64,000 nt of DNA from an uncultured Acidobacteriota bacterium (GCA_963729525.1 CAVSOB010000010.1:162860-226859); one strand, 5' to 3'. Positions 10,261 through 20,231 are shown, counted from the stretch's first letter. Notes: a model not told the origin generated them from the sequence alone. A program made the numbers and translations.

Positions 10261-10872
10261 TTACTTGCGGGTGCAGAGGAATTTGGCGAGGGAGATGTGT
10301 GGAAGGATTGCGAGTTGGGCGGCGAGAGCGCGCGGGGCGTATTGTGCGGCTTGCTGAGTGAGGCGGGAGATCGCGGCGGGGTCGAGTGGCAACGCGTAGA
10401 TATCGGCTCTGTGCGCGTAGGAGTATTCGCGGTAAGTAGGCGCTTGTGGGCGACTGAGGTCGATAAGCGCGTCCCAGAGGCTGCGCGTGCGGAAGAAGCG
10501 TTTGCGGGATGCATCGGTGCGGCGGAGACGTAACATGTGGCGCGGCGGAGTGCCGGCGGATTCTAGGATTACCTCGGTGCAATTTTCTTGGCGGAAAGGC
10601 CTGGAGGGATCAGCGTCGGGATAGGCGGAGAGGAGAGTTGCGAGCTCGGCTGGGACCGCGTCGATTGCGTCCCACCAGTAGCGGTAGGAATTGAAGACGA
10701 TAGTGCCGCAGTGCAGGATTTGCTCGACGCGGTGCGGATCTTTTCCTGTGACGCTGACGATCATGTCGATGAGTTCGGCTGGGCGAAAGGTTTGGCGGAC
10801 GAGTGGGCGGACGCTGATGAATTGGGCGTCGTCTTCGGAGTATTTGACGGGGATTTGGGCGGGGAGGGGCAT
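10261..10872 (-). CDS. Hypothetical protein
   Basis: 203-aa ORF with normal composition and no recognisable motif. Confidence 0.55.
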   Translation of the reverse strand: MPLPAQIPVKYSEDDAQFISVRPLVRQTFRPAELIDMIVSVTGKDPHRVEQILHCGTIVFNSYRYWWDAIDAVPAELATLLSAYPDADPSRPFRQENCTEVILESAGTPPRHMLRLRRTDASRKRFFRTRSLWDALIDLSRPQAPTYREYSYAHRADIYALPLDPAAISRLTQQAAQYAPRALAAQLAILPHISLAKFLCTRK

Positions 10873-11018
10873 GGGGCTAGCTTAGGGAAAAGCGGGCCGC
10901 GTGGGAAGCGGGCGGAGGCGGGAGTGGCGCAAAGGCCGCCGACGAGGGAGGCGTCGTCGTGGCTGCCCACGTCCCATGCGGGTTGCACGTTGCGTGTTGA
11001 GTGAATGAGATGAAGGCC

Positions 11019-11045
11019 GAGATCCTTCGCTGCGCTCAGGATGAC
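11019..11045 (-). repeat. Dispersed intergenic repeat, copy 3 (inverted orientation)
   Basis: gagatccttcgctgcgctcaggatgac is the reverse complement of GTCATCCTGAGCGCAGCGAAGGATCTC. It lies downstream of the yqeY-like gene. Confidence 0.85.
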
Positions 11046-11073
11046 AGCGGTAAGCGACGAGTTGGGGAAGAAG

Positions 11074-11529
11074 CTAGGATTTTCGGGTTAGGCGGTCGCG
11101 GACTTTGTCGCTTAGGGCTTTGCCATCGATGGATTTGCCTTCCAGGCGGGCGCGGGCGGCTTTGATTACGGCGCCCATGTGCTTGAGTGAGTCGGCGCTG
11201 AGTTCGTCGATGGCTTCTTGGATGGCGCGGTGAAGTTCGTCGTCGGTGGGGGCGGCCGGTAGATATTGTTCGATGAAGGCGATTTCCTTTTTTTCTTTTT
11301 CGGCGAGATCGAATCGGCCGCCTTTAGTGAATTGTTCGGCGGATTCGTGGCGCTGCTTGACGAGGGTTTGCAGCACCTGAAGGGATTCAAGGTCGTCGAG
11401 CGGGCGCATCTTTTCGATTTCTTTGTGTTTCAGCGCGGATTTGACCATGCGGAGGACGCTGAGGCGGAGCTCGTCCTTTTCCTTCATGGCAGCGGTGAGA
11501 TCGGATTGGATGCGGTCGATGTAGGACAT
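11074..11529 (-). CDS. yqeY: GatB/YqeY domain protein
   Basis: MSYIDRIQSDLTAAMKEKDELRLSVLRMVKSALKHKEIEK... is the typical YqeY N-terminus; 151 aa. Confidence 0.9.
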   Translation of the reverse strand: MSYIDRIQSDLTAAMKEKDELRLSVLRMVKSALKHKEIEKMRPLDDLESLQVLQTLVKQRHESAEQFTKGGRFDLAEKEKKEIAFIEQYLPAAPTDDELHRAIQEAIDELSADSLKHMGAVIKAARARLEGKSIDGKALSDKVRDRLTRKS

Positions 11530-11862
11530 TTTCTCCTCGGGTTGTTGGAAAGAATAGCATACGAGATGCGGAGGTGAGTGAGTCCGCGTGGTTCGTTTGT
11601 GGTGGGTGCGCGGCCGAGAGTTGAACCGTGGGTGGGCGTCGCGTAAATGAATGGCGCAGGGAGCCGGCCGTGGGGCGGGCGTCGCGGGCGCGTCTTAGAC
11701 GCGCCCCTACTGGGACGTGTGAGGAAAGGTTGCGGCTTGCCTCGACTGGAGTCTGGTGCTAAGTTGCCCGCACATTTGGATGCCAAATTGGACGGTCGTT
11801 TGTGATTGAGCGCGTCGATGGCGGCTCTGCTGATTGGCGCGCGGATTTTGTGGAGGTGAGGC

Positions 11863-14073
11863 TTGGCGATTGCGAATAAGGCGTGGAGTTCGACGGCGCC
11901 GCCGGGGGAGTTTCGGCCGTATGTGCCGGCGGAGGAGTCGCTCGCTGAGTTCACTTTGCGCGCGGTGGTGCTGGGGGCGTTGTTCGGGTTGCTGTTTGGT
12001 GCGGTGACCGTTTATGTGGGGTTGCGGGCCGGGTTGACGGTGTCGGCGTCGATTCCGATTGCTGTTCTGTCGATCAGTATTTTGCGGGCGTTTGGACGGT
12101 CGACGATTCTCGAAAACAATATCGTGCAGACGACCGGGTCGGCGGGAGAATCGCTCGCAGCGGGCGTAATGTTCACGATCCCGGCGCTGATTTTTTTGGG
12201 ATTCGGATCGGAGTTTACGTTCTGGCGAATTTTTCCGCTGGCGCTGCTGGGCGGATGGCTCGGCGTGTTGTTCATGATTCCGCTGCGGCGGCAATTGATT
12301 GTGAAAGAACACGGCAATCTGACTTTTCCGGAGGGGACGGCTTGCGCGGACGTGCTGGTGGCGGGAGAGCGCGGCGGATCGTTTGCGGGGCGCGTGTTCT
12401 GGGGCTTGGGGCTTGGCGGCGTGTATACGTTTTTCATGAACACGATTCAGGCATGGAACGGGCAGCCGGAAGCGCGGCCGAAGTGGTTTCCGGGCGCATC
12501 ATTTCGGGCGACGATCACTTCGGAATATCTCGGCGTGGGTTTTATTATCGGGCCCCGGGTGGCGGGAATTCTTTTTGCCGGCGGCGTGATTTCGTGGTTG
12601 CTGGTGATGCCTGCGATTCAATTTTTCGGGCAACTGGCGGGGAACACTCCGATTTATCCCTCGACGATTCCGATTCCACAAATGACGCCGGACGATATGT
12701 GGCGGCAGTACATCCGTCCGATGGGAGCGGGGGCGGTGGCGGCGGCTGGTTTGATCACGCTGCTGCGGACGCTGCCGACAATTATTTCGGCGTTGCGCGC
12801 CGGGTTGAAGGACGTGCGGGCGGAAGGCGCGGGGGGTGAGGCGGCGGAGAAGAGCCGCTTGGAGCGTGATATTTCGCTGCGGACTGTGCTGATCGGGTCG
12901 CTCGTGATCGTGGTGCTGATGTGGATCATGCTGACGTTTGAGCCGATGAAGGGCGCGAGCACGACGTGGTATCAGAATTTGCTGGCGGGAGTTTTCGTGG
13001 TGGTATTCGGATTTTTGTTCGTTACGGTGGCGGCGCGAATCAGCGGGCTGCTCGGTAATTCGTCGAATCCGGTGAGCGGGATGAGCATTGCGACGTTGAT
13101 GGCGACGTGCGCGATATTTTTTGTGGCGGGATGGACGGCGCCGAACTACGCCGTGCTGGCGTTGATCATTGGCGGTGTGGTGTGCACGGCGGCGGCGATT
13201 GCTGGTGCGACGTCGCAGGATTTGAAGACGGGATTTCTGGTGGGGTCGACGCCGGTGAAACAGCAGTGGGGATTGCTGGTGGGCGTGACGGTGTCCACGA
13301 TTGCGATCGGTGCGACGCTGAATTTGATGAATACCGGTTTGCAGAAGTACATCCCGACGCAGATTCCGGTGAACGTGCAGGAATTGCCGACAGGCGTGAA
13401 GGTGGAACGCGAGTCGTTCACATACCTAGGGAAATCTTACGAGCTGATTAACGCGCTTGGGTCGCGGACAATTCCCGATGGCGAATATTTGTACGATCCC
13501 GGGACGAAACAGATTGAAGTGCAATGGGTGCAGGGGATCGGCAGCGATAAGGCTCCGGCGCCGCAGGCGCGGTTGATGGCGACGGTTATTAACGGGATTT
13601 TGAATCAGCGACTGCCGTGGCGGTTGGTGTTGATGGGCGTGGCGCTGGTGCTGGCGGTGGAAATTCTTGGGGTGCGCTCGCTGGCGTTTGCGGTGGGAGC
13701 TTACCTTTCGATTGGAACGACGGCGACGATGTTTGCGGGCGGGATCGTGAGATGGATGGTGGAGGCGAGTTCGAAGGAATCGAAGGATGAGGGTGAAGCG
13801 AGTCCTGGGGCGCTCTATTCGAGTGGTCTGATTGCGGCGGGCGGAGTGTTTGGATTGCTGGGAATCGTGATTGCGTTGCTGCAGGATCCGGAAATCTCGA
13901 CGCGCGTGCCGCAGTGGCTGACGTCGGTTTTGAGATTACCGTGGCGGCCGGATTTGTTTGCGTTTGGACCGAAGTGGCTGGGATCGCTGGCGACGAGCAA
14001 TATTTTCGGGCTGGTGATGTTCTTGCTGCTGGCAGCGTCGCTATTCTATTTTGCGCGGAAGAAGCTCAGTTAA
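11863..14073 (+). CDS. OPT-family oligopeptide transporter
   Basis: 736-aa polytopic membrane protein with an OPT-like N-terminus (EFTLRAVVLGALFGLLFGAVTVYVGLRAGLTVSASIPIAVLS) and Gly-rich TM segments throughout. The TTG start from the ORF track was not verified. Confidence 0.85.
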   Translation: MAIANKAWSSTAPPGEFRPYVPAEESLAEFTLRAVVLGALFGLLFGAVTVYVGLRAGLTVSASIPIAVLSISILRAFGRSTILENNIVQTTGSAGESLAAGVMFTIPALIFLGFGSEFTFWRIFPLALLGGWLGVLFMIPLRRQLIVKEHGNLTFPEGTACADVLVAGERGGSFAGRVFWGLGLGGVYTFFMNTIQAWNGQPEARPKWFPGASFRATITSEYLGVGFIIGPRVAGILFAGGVISWLLVMPAIQFFGQLAGNTPIYPSTIPIPQMTPDDMWRQYIRPMGAGAVAAAGLITLLRTLPTIISALRAGLKDVRAEGAGGEAAEKSRLERDISLRTVLIGSLVIVVLMWIMLTFEPMKGASTTWYQNLLAGVFVVVFGFLFVTVAARISGLLGNSSNPVSGMSIATLMATCAIFFVAGWTAPNYAVLALIIGGVVCTAAAIAGATSQDLKTGFLVGSTPVKQQWGLLVGVTVSTIAIGATLNLMNTGLQKYIPTQIPVNVQELPTGVKVERESFTYLGKSYELINALGSRTIPDGEYLYDPGTKQIEVQWVQGIGSDKAPAPQARLMATVINGILNQRLPWRLVLMGVALVLAVEILGVRSLAFAVGAYLSIGTTATMFAGGIVRWMVEASSKESKDEGEASPGALYSSGLIAAGGVFGLLGIVIALLQDPEISTRVPQWLTSVLRLPWRPDLFAFGPKWLGSLATSNIFGLVMFLLLAASLFYFARKKLS

Positions 14074-14127
14074 TTCGCGAGAGACCGGACTCGCCGAAAC
14101 GATTTCAGCCGAGTAAGGCAGCAAATT

Positions 14128-14147
14128 GGGGCGATTGCGGTCGCCCC
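14128..14147. terminator. GC hairpin between convergent genes
   Basis: GGGGCGA-ttgcgg-TCGCCCC, a 7-bp stem. There is no clear U-tract on either strand. Confidence 0.3.
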
Positions 14148-14168
14148 TATTGCCTTGACTCAAACAGA

Positions 14169-14606
14169 TCAAGGATTGCTTGATTTTGCCGAGGCTGAGA
14201 CTTCAGAGTTTGGCTTCATAGCCACTACTGTGTAAGTCATGGTTTTATTGTTGTCGCTATCTGCGACTTTCAGGATCATGTGGTCTTTCTTAATCTTGAA
14301 GACAATCTCCTTACCGACTGGCAGGACTGCGGGATGTTTGGTGTCGGTTGGGCGGATGTGATATTCCATCTGGTCGGTTACGACCATATATTGCGGACAC
14401 AATTTTTCATCGCTGTTCACATGAGTGATGCCGGCAGATCCCCAAGGAGTACCCAGGCCTGTCACGCCTTTTTCTTTAGCCCCGCACGGCACGGCTTCCA
14501 TTTTCTCGAGCATGGCGCGCTCAGTTTTTTTCTTGTCGCCGCCGGCGTTCGCGGGGATGGCGGACAATAAGATCAGGCCTGCGATCAGAGACGCTCTAAC
14601 TTTCAT
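14169..14606 (-). CDS. Hypothetical secreted protein
   Basis: Signal peptide MKVRASLIAGLILLSAIPANA; 145 aa; no recognisable motif. Confidence 0.6.
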   Translation of the reverse strand: MKVRASLIAGLILLSAIPANAGGDKKKTERAMLEKMEAVPCGAKEKGVTGLGTPWGSAGITHVNSDEKLCPQYMVVTDQMEYHIRPTDTKHPAVLPVGKEIVFKIKKDHMILKVADSDNNKTMTYTVVAMKPNSEVSASAKSSNP

Positions 14607-14731
14607 AAGTCCTCCTCAAAACTGCTTGTCCGTCGCGAGGCGGGGCTGATGTGAACTCGCTTACGATTCGATCCGAGCCCCGAAGATTGGAAGGCCGGCG
14701 AAGGCCCTCCAATCCCCAAGGGGTAATCACG

Positions 14732-16258
14732 TTACTGCTTCGGCTTAGTCGGGTCCGTGGCTGGCTTAGATCCGGTGGCCGGCGTCGTCATTTGCGCGGC
14801 GCCGCTGTAACTTCCGTTTTTGTTGGTCGTGTTGAATTGCTGTGAAGCCTTGACGAACGACTCGGGGTTTTGCATCAAGCCCTGTCGCACGTCGGGATGC
14901 TGGTTGAGGTAGTCCTTCAGCTCAGGATGGACCTCCATGTACTCTTCGTTCTTCACAAGAGACGGGTCCTTCGAGAGTTGCTCGTTGATGCTGGAATGAT
15001 CGCCGAGGAATTCCCCGAAGTGCCTGTGAGGTTCGCCCGCTTCGCCGCTACGCATTCGGTACTCGTTTTGATCGTAACGGGCTTCCTGCTGCATGAAGGC
15101 ATTGGGATTCTGCTTGATCGCTGTGCGCACTCCCGGGTGCTGCTGCAAGTAGGATTGCAGCGAAGGATGGTTCTTCACGAACTCGTCGTTGTTTACGAGT
15201 GATGGGTCTTTCCGGATTTGTTCTGCAGTCTCACGGTGGCTATCGAGGTAACGATCGAAGCTCGCTAGTTCGTCACGATGGGCGTCGCGGTCGCGATCGT
15301 CCGCGTCATGGTGATTGTAGCGGTAGTCATTGTCGTGGCGCGCGTCGTTATCCCGTCGAGCATCACTGTCGCGAGTGTTATCGGCGCGAGCGTCACGGTC
15401 ACGGGCATCGTTATCCGCGCGAGCAGCGCGGCTATCGTTGTCGGCTTTTGCATCACGGTCGCGATTATCGTTGTCGGTTCGAGCGTCACGATCGCGGGCG
15501 TTGTTATCTTGCCGAGCATCGCGGTCGCGGTTATCGTTGTCGGCTTTCGCATCACGGTCGCGATTATCGTTATCCGCACGGGCATCGCGGTCGCGTGCGT
15601 CGTTGTCCTTTCGAGCATCAGAGTCGCGAGCGTCGTTATCCCGACGAGCGTCACGATCGCGAGCGTCGTTATCCCGCCGCGCATATCGATCATTATCCGC
15701 ACGCGTGAAAGCGTCCGGGTCCTTCTTTTCAGCTTCCCGGAATTCCGGATGTTGCTGCAGGTAGGTTTGCAGCTCGGGATGAGCATTTACATATTTTGCA
15801 TCGTTGATCAGCTTAGGATCCCTGCGAAGCTGCTCGGCGATCTCGCGATGGCTGTCCAGGAAACCATTGAAGCGGACCCACTCGTCGCGCATGCGGTCTT
15901 CCTGACGATCATAACGGGCTTCCCGGTGCATGAATGCGTTTGGATTTTCTTTCAGCTCCTCGCGAACAGCGGGGTGTTGCTGCATGAAGGATTGCAGCGC
16001 GGGATGATTCTTGACGAACTGATCGTTATTCACGAGCGAAGGATTTTGTCGAACTTGTTCGGAAATCTCGCGGTGGGAATCGAGGAACTGATCGAATTGG
16101 GCAAGTTCCTGCCGGGTGATGTCGTTGTTTTGCGCCGGCTGAGAATTTTGAGACTGGGCCGGTGAGGCGTGAAGGACGGCCGGGACACCGAGCGAGATCA
16201 GGGCGGCCAGCATGGGCGTTGCCGGCCAGCCCTTAGTGTGCCAATTTCTTTTTTTCAT
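14732..16258 (-). CDS. Secreted repeat protein: four ~65-aa helical modules flanking an Asp/Arg 11-aa tandem-repeat core
   Basis: Signal peptide present. Four modules share F(D/N)xFLDSHREIAEQLRxDPSLVNNxxFVKNHPxLQxYLQQHPxVR..NPNAF (residues about 50-117, 124-186, 328-396, 411-470). The central residues about 187-328 are DNDARDRDARx units. Confidence 0.75.
   Translation of the reverse strand: MKKRNWHTKGWPATPMLAALISLGVPAVLHASPAQSQNSQPAQNNDITRQELAQFDQFLDSHREISEQVRQNPSLVNNDQFVKNHPALQSFMQQHPAVREELKENPNAFMHREARYDRQEDRMRDEWVRFNGFLDSHREIAEQLRRDPKLINDAKYVNAHPELQTYLQQHPEFREAEKKDPDAFTRADNDRYARRDNDARDRDARRDNDARDSDARKDNDARDRDARADNDNRDRDAKADNDNRDRDARQDNNARDRDARTDNDNRDRDAKADNDSRAARADNDARDRDARADNTRDSDARRDNDARHDNDYRYNHHDADDRDRDAHRDELASFDRYLDSHRETAEQIRKDPSLVNNDEFVKNHPSLQSYLQQHPGVRTAIKQNPNAFMQQEARYDQNEYRMRSGEAGEPHRHFGEFLGDHSSINEQLSKDPSLVKNEEYMEVHPELKDYLNQHPDVRQGLMQNPESFVKASQQFNTTNKNGSYSGAAQMTTPATGSKPATDPTKPKQ
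15275..15700 (-). repeat. About 11 tandem 33-nt coding repeats (DNDARDRDARx)
   Basis: The protein-level period is 11 aa: DNDARDRDARR/DNDARDSDARK/DNDARDRDARA/DNDNRDRDAKA... The repeats are imperfect at DNA level and in frame within the CDS. Confidence 0.8.
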
Positions 16259-16604
16259 AACATATCTCCTTGTGCGTGGAAGGTGAATATGTCACCCGCG
16301 GTTAGAAGTGCACGCTCGGTGCCAAAGCGCCTAAGGTAAAGTGAACGCGCCAATGAATCAGCGACTTGGAGGAAATGCGGGGAGGCCGCTCACCGGCGCA
16401 AAGTGGAAATTCGACATGCTGGGGACAAAATTGTTATACGGGAAATATAGTACGAAAAATGATGCATATACCGTTTTAGCGCTGGTTTTAGTGCTTACGG
16501 TTCTTATGCGTGCGCGAAATCGCAGAGGGTGAGAGCGCAACAGAGCCAAATAGATTTCAAGGAAGAGACAACAACGCGAAGAACTTACGCAGAATCCTGA
16601 CGCC

Positions 16605-16638
16605 CGGTTTACCGATGCCAAACGCTTTCGGTAAACCG
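16605..16638. terminator. 10-bp-stem hairpin downstream of the 16669-17637 gene
   Basis: CGGTTTACCG, a 14-nt loop, then CGGTAAACCG. A T6 run follows on the plus strand only after a 10-nt gap, so this is not a canonical intrinsic terminator. Confidence 0.3.
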
Positions 16639-16668
16639 AGCCCGTCGCTTTTTTGCTGTGACCTCGAG

Positions 16669-17637
16669 TTAACGCCGGCCTGAGAGGCGGCCGACGTGAA
16701 CCGGGCTGTGATGCCGTGGTGCTGGTGAAGACGTGACTTTCTTAAACGGAATGTCGGTGCCAGAAATCCCCGAGCACGCGCCTGCGAGTCCGTCGTAGGT
16801 CGTGAAGAGGCCACCGTTGGGGAGAGTTTTGCCGTTGGCGTCGGTGTTGCTCGCAATGAAGGCGACGACATTGCCGGTGCTGTCGGAAGCGATAACTTCC
16901 AGCAAGTCTCCAGACGCGAGACTTGGCGCAAAAGTGTTTGCGAGAGGAGTGCCGATGGTGAGCGTCGAGAAGCAGAGGTTGGCATTTTTCGCAGCAGTGA
17001 CAGTTCCGGTGACATTAAAGCTGGAATCAGTCTTGAGGGTCATCGACACGCTAGCGGGGGGGGCATTTGAATTCTCGAAGGAACCTACATAAGTGCCGTT
17101 GACCGTCGAAAACAGGGTGGCTGTAAATTGACCCGAATCGTTGTTCATGCAGACGCCGGTGGAGCGAAATGTACCGGAGAATTGGTCTGCGTCGAAGCTA
17201 GGATTCCCAGTGAACGTGATCGTGGCGCCATTATCGAGGACGACGGTGAAAATGGCCTGGTAGAAGCCGAAGATGTCGTAGCCGGTGACGTTGGCGCTCA
17301 CCACGCCGCCTGAGGCTGAGCAGCTGGAGTTCGTAAAGGTATTCGGAAGAACGGTGGTGAGACCTGTGGCGATTCCGAATTCGCTCGTCAGCGTCCAGTC
17401 AGTGGTGATGACGAGCGGGTTGTAGCAGTTTGGATTCGAATCATTGGGATTATCGACATTCTGCCCATTGCAAGGGTAAGGATTGCCGTTCACATCTGAC
17501 AATGGGAACGCGTTGGGCGCGGATTCTTTGGTGGTGACGATCGTCCATTGCTGCGGGGTCTTCTCGATTTGCGCGGAGGCGGCGAGTGTGGTGAGGAAAA
17601 AAGCCGCGATAAGCATTCCGACTCGACTGAATTTCAT
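16669..17637 (-). CDS. Hypothetical secreted protein
   Basis: ATG at 17637 is preceded by AAGGAAG. Signal peptide MKFSRVGMLIAAFFLTTLAASAQ. Thr/Ser/Asn/Gly-rich, beta-rich composition. Confidence 0.65.
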   Translation of the reverse strand: MKFSRVGMLIAAFFLTTLAASAQIEKTPQQWTIVTTKESAPNAFPLSDVNGNPYPCNGQNVDNPNDSNPNCYNPLVITTDWTLTSEFGIATGLTTVLPNTFTNSSCSASGGVVSANVTGYDIFGFYQAIFTVVLDNGATITFTGNPSFDADQFSGTFRSTGVCMNNDSGQFTATLFSTVNGTYVGSFENSNAPPASVSMTLKTDSSFNVTGTVTAAKNANLCFSTLTIGTPLANTFAPSLASGDLLEVIASDSTGNVVAFIASNTDANGKTLPNGGLFTTYDGLAGACSGISGTDIPFKKVTSSPAPRHHSPVHVGRLSGRR

Positions 17638-18002
17638 GTGTGATTCTTCCTTAGGCTGCTTGATTGAACCGCTTTGCGTCACCTGCTGCTTGCGTGACAA
17701 TTGAATTGTGAGGATGCCTGCCGTGACCCGAAATGACGCACCCGGTCTACCGAGGTGGAACTGCGCGACTTCTCGTGGTTAGGTCGGCAGTACTAGGAAG
17801 CGATTGGCGAGCGATTGATCTTGGTCAGGAGGAACATTGCCGAACAATAGCTTTCGAGTAACTAGCGAGTCAGAGGATAAATGTAGCAGTTAGTGGAAGT
17901 TAGCATGGGCTTGGGCTTTGCAGCCGGTAGCGCTGGCGTTTCCAACGGAGCGAATTGATATAGTATTCGTGTGCTTTAAACTTGGGCATCGCCAAAGGAA
18001 GC

Positions 18003-20147
18003 ATGATGCAGAAGATTTTTTCGCGGAGGGCGCTGTTCAGTTCGCTGGGGATCGGCTCGATCGCGCTTGCAAGCATGCTGACGCTGGCGGCCGAAAAATT
18101 CGCTTCACCCCCGGTGCCACCGACGGCGAAACGGATTCCAAACGTGACTGAGGTGAATGGACACAAGCTCGTGGACAACTACTACTGGCTGCGCGACAAG
18201 ACGAATCCGGAAGTGAAGGCGTATCTAGAATCCGAGAACGCCTATACCGACGCGGTGATGAAACCTACTGAACCTTTACAAAAGAAGCTTTACGACGAAA
18301 TGCTAGGCCGGATTAAAGAGACGGACGTGGAGGTTCCGTATAAAAAAGGCGACTACTTCTATTACACGCGGACGGAGGCCGGCAAGCAGTATCCCATCCG
18401 CTGCCGAAGAAAAGGCAGCATGGAAGCGCCCGAAGAGGTGCTGCTGGATGTGAATGAACTGGCGAAGGGCCAGATCTTCATGTCGCTCGGTGAGTTCGAA
18501 GTGAGCGATAACGGCAACCTGCTCGCTTACAGTACGGATAACACCGGCTTCCGCCAGTATGTGCTCGCGGTAAAAGATCTGCGGACTGGGGAGACACTGG
18601 CGGACCATGCGGAGAGGGTCGGGTCGGTGGCATGGGCGAACGACAACAAGACATTTTTCTATACGATCGAGGATGCGCAAACCAAACGCCAATATCGAAT
18701 GTACCGGCATACCGCGGGAACTACGGGCGCGGATACTCTGGTGTATGAAGAGAAGGATGAGCGATTCAGCGTCCACGTGGCCAAGTCGCGCAGCAAGGCT
18801 TATGTCTTTTTGGTTTCGGCGAGCCATACCACCAGCGAGGCTCGGTATATTTCTGCCGACCAGCCGGCGGCCGAATGGAAGGTGATGGAACCGCGCAAAC
18901 AAGATGTGGAGTATTACCCGGACCATAACGGAGATTTTTTCTATCTACGCGCGAACGATACGGGGCGGAATTTTCGTCTGGTGAAGGCGCCTGTGACAGA
19001 TCCGCGCCGCGCGAATTGGCAAGAAGTGGTGCCGCAGCGGGCGGACGTGATGTTGAGAGATGTCGACTTTTTCAAAGACTATTACGTTTCCTATGAAAGG
19101 CAGGATGGCTTGCCGCAGATCCGCGTGACCGATCTGCACAGCGGGAAATCGCGACGGATCGAGTTTCCCGAACCCGCTTACCTGAGCTATGGGTATATCA
19201 ACGCCGAGTACGACACCAACAAAATTCGCTATGGCTACCAGTCCTTCGTTACGCCGCCATCGGTTTTTGAGTACGACATGACGAGCGGCGCTTCCGTGTT
19301 GCTCAAGCAAAAGGAGGTGCCTGGGTATGACCGCGAGCGTTATCGAGTGGAACGGATCTATGCCACGGCGTCTGACGGCGTGAAGATTCCGATCTCGATC
19401 GTGCATTTGAAAGGCGAGAAACTCGATGGAAAAGGGCCGCTGTATCTCACGGGCTACGGGTCCTATGGCTATGCGTATGACATCAGCTTCAACTCGAACA
19501 TATTCAGCATGGTGGATCGCGGCGTAGTGTTTTCAGTGGCGCATATTCGCGGCGGAGGGGAGATGGGCAAGGCGTGGCACGATGCCGGCCGCATGATGAA
19601 CAAGAAAAATACTTTTGCGGATTTCATCGCGTCTGCCGAGTACTTGCTGGCGCAGGGATATGGTTCGAAGGACCGGTTAGTGATCGAAGGGAGAAGCGCG
19701 GGCGGGCTGCTGATGGGCGTGGTGCTTAATATGCGTCCGGATTTGTTTCACGCGGCGCTCGTCGGGGTTCCGTTTGTCGACGTGATAAATACGATGTTGG
19801 ACGAATCGTTGCCGCTGACGGTGGGGGAATTTGAAGAGTGGGGCAATCCGAAGGAAAAGGCTGTGTTCGAGTACATGATTACGTATTCGCCGTACGACAA
19901 CATTGAGCCGAAGGCTTACCCGAACATGCTGGTGAAGACATCGTTCAATGACAGCCAGGTGATGTATTGGGAGCCGGCGAAGTATGTTGCGAAGATGCGT
20001 GCTGTGCGCACCGACCACAATACTTTGCTTCTGAAGACTAATATGAGTCCGGCGGGGCACGGCGGGGCGTCTGGGCGATACGACCGCTTGAAGGAAACTG
20101 CGTTCGATTATGCATATTTCCTCACGCAGATGGGAATTAACAACTGA
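18003..20147 (+). CDS. ptrB: S9A serine peptidase (oligopeptidase B / prolyl oligopeptidase family)
   Basis: VDNYYWLRDKTNPEVKAYLESENAYT N-terminal propeller signature and catalytic GRSAGGLLMG. The ATG at 18003 has an AAAGGAAG RBS, followed by a signal-like segment. Confidence 0.8.
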   Translation: MMQKIFSRRALFSSLGIGSIALASMLTLAAEKFASPPVPPTAKRIPNVTEVNGHKLVDNYYWLRDKTNPEVKAYLESENAYTDAVMKPTEPLQKKLYDEMLGRIKETDVEVPYKKGDYFYYTRTEAGKQYPIRCRRKGSMEAPEEVLLDVNELAKGQIFMSLGEFEVSDNGNLLAYSTDNTGFRQYVLAVKDLRTGETLADHAERVGSVAWANDNKTFFYTIEDAQTKRQYRMYRHTAGTTGADTLVYEEKDERFSVHVAKSRSKAYVFLVSASHTTSEARYISADQPAAEWKVMEPRKQDVEYYPDHNGDFFYLRANDTGRNFRLVKAPVTDPRRANWQEVVPQRADVMLRDVDFFKDYYVSYERQDGLPQIRVTDLHSGKSRRIEFPEPAYLSYGYINAEYDTNKIRYGYQSFVTPPSVFEYDMTSGASVLLKQKEVPGYDRERYRVERIYATASDGVKIPISIVHLKGEKLDGKGPLYLTGYGSYGYAYDISFNSNIFSMVDRGVVFSVAHIRGGGEMGKAWHDAGRMMNKKNTFADFIASAEYLLAQGYGSKDRLVIEGRSAGGLLMGVVLNMRPDLFHAALVGVPFVDVINTMLDESLPLTVGEFEEWGNPKEKAVFEYMITYSPYDNIEPKAYPNMLVKTSFNDSQVMYWEPAKYVAKMRAVRTDHNTLLLKTNMSPAGHGGASGRYDRLKETAFDYAYFLTQMGINN

Positions 20148-20231
20148 CGCTTTTGCTGCTCGGAATATGCCCGTGCCCATCGTTTTCGTGGCTTTGACTC
20201 GGGTAGGCTGACGCTTTAGACTTAATGAACT

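Noticed and set aside
10062-10514. N-terminal 151-aa extension of the HAD ORF (ORF 9336-10514)
   Set aside because: It is P/S/T/R-rich low complexity and overlaps the 3' end of the 10261-10872 gene. The HAD fold begins at the ATG at 10061.
11686-11706. Hairpin GGGCGCGTC-tta-GACGCGCCC, with a loosely similar gcgtctaagcgacgc at 29458-29472, as a second repeat family
   Set aside because: There are only two weakly similar copies in the window, which is insufficient to call a family. It may simply be a GC-rich hairpin.
15275-15700. Regular ~33-nt periodicity that could be mistaken for a CRISPR array
   Set aside because: There is no repeat/spacer alternation; the units are contiguous, in frame and degenerate. 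It lies inside a CDS, and no cas genes are present.
15278-16165. 295-aa plus-strand ORF and other frames (15199-15708, 15265-15786, 15330-15764) over the tandem-repeat region
   Set aside because: These are kept open only by the periodic repeat. The minus-strand frame has a signal peptide and four conserved modules, so it is the real gene.
17430-17450. tRNA-like T-arm string (ggattcgaatc)
   Set aside because: It lies inside the 16669-17637 CDS, with no acceptor or anticodon arm context.
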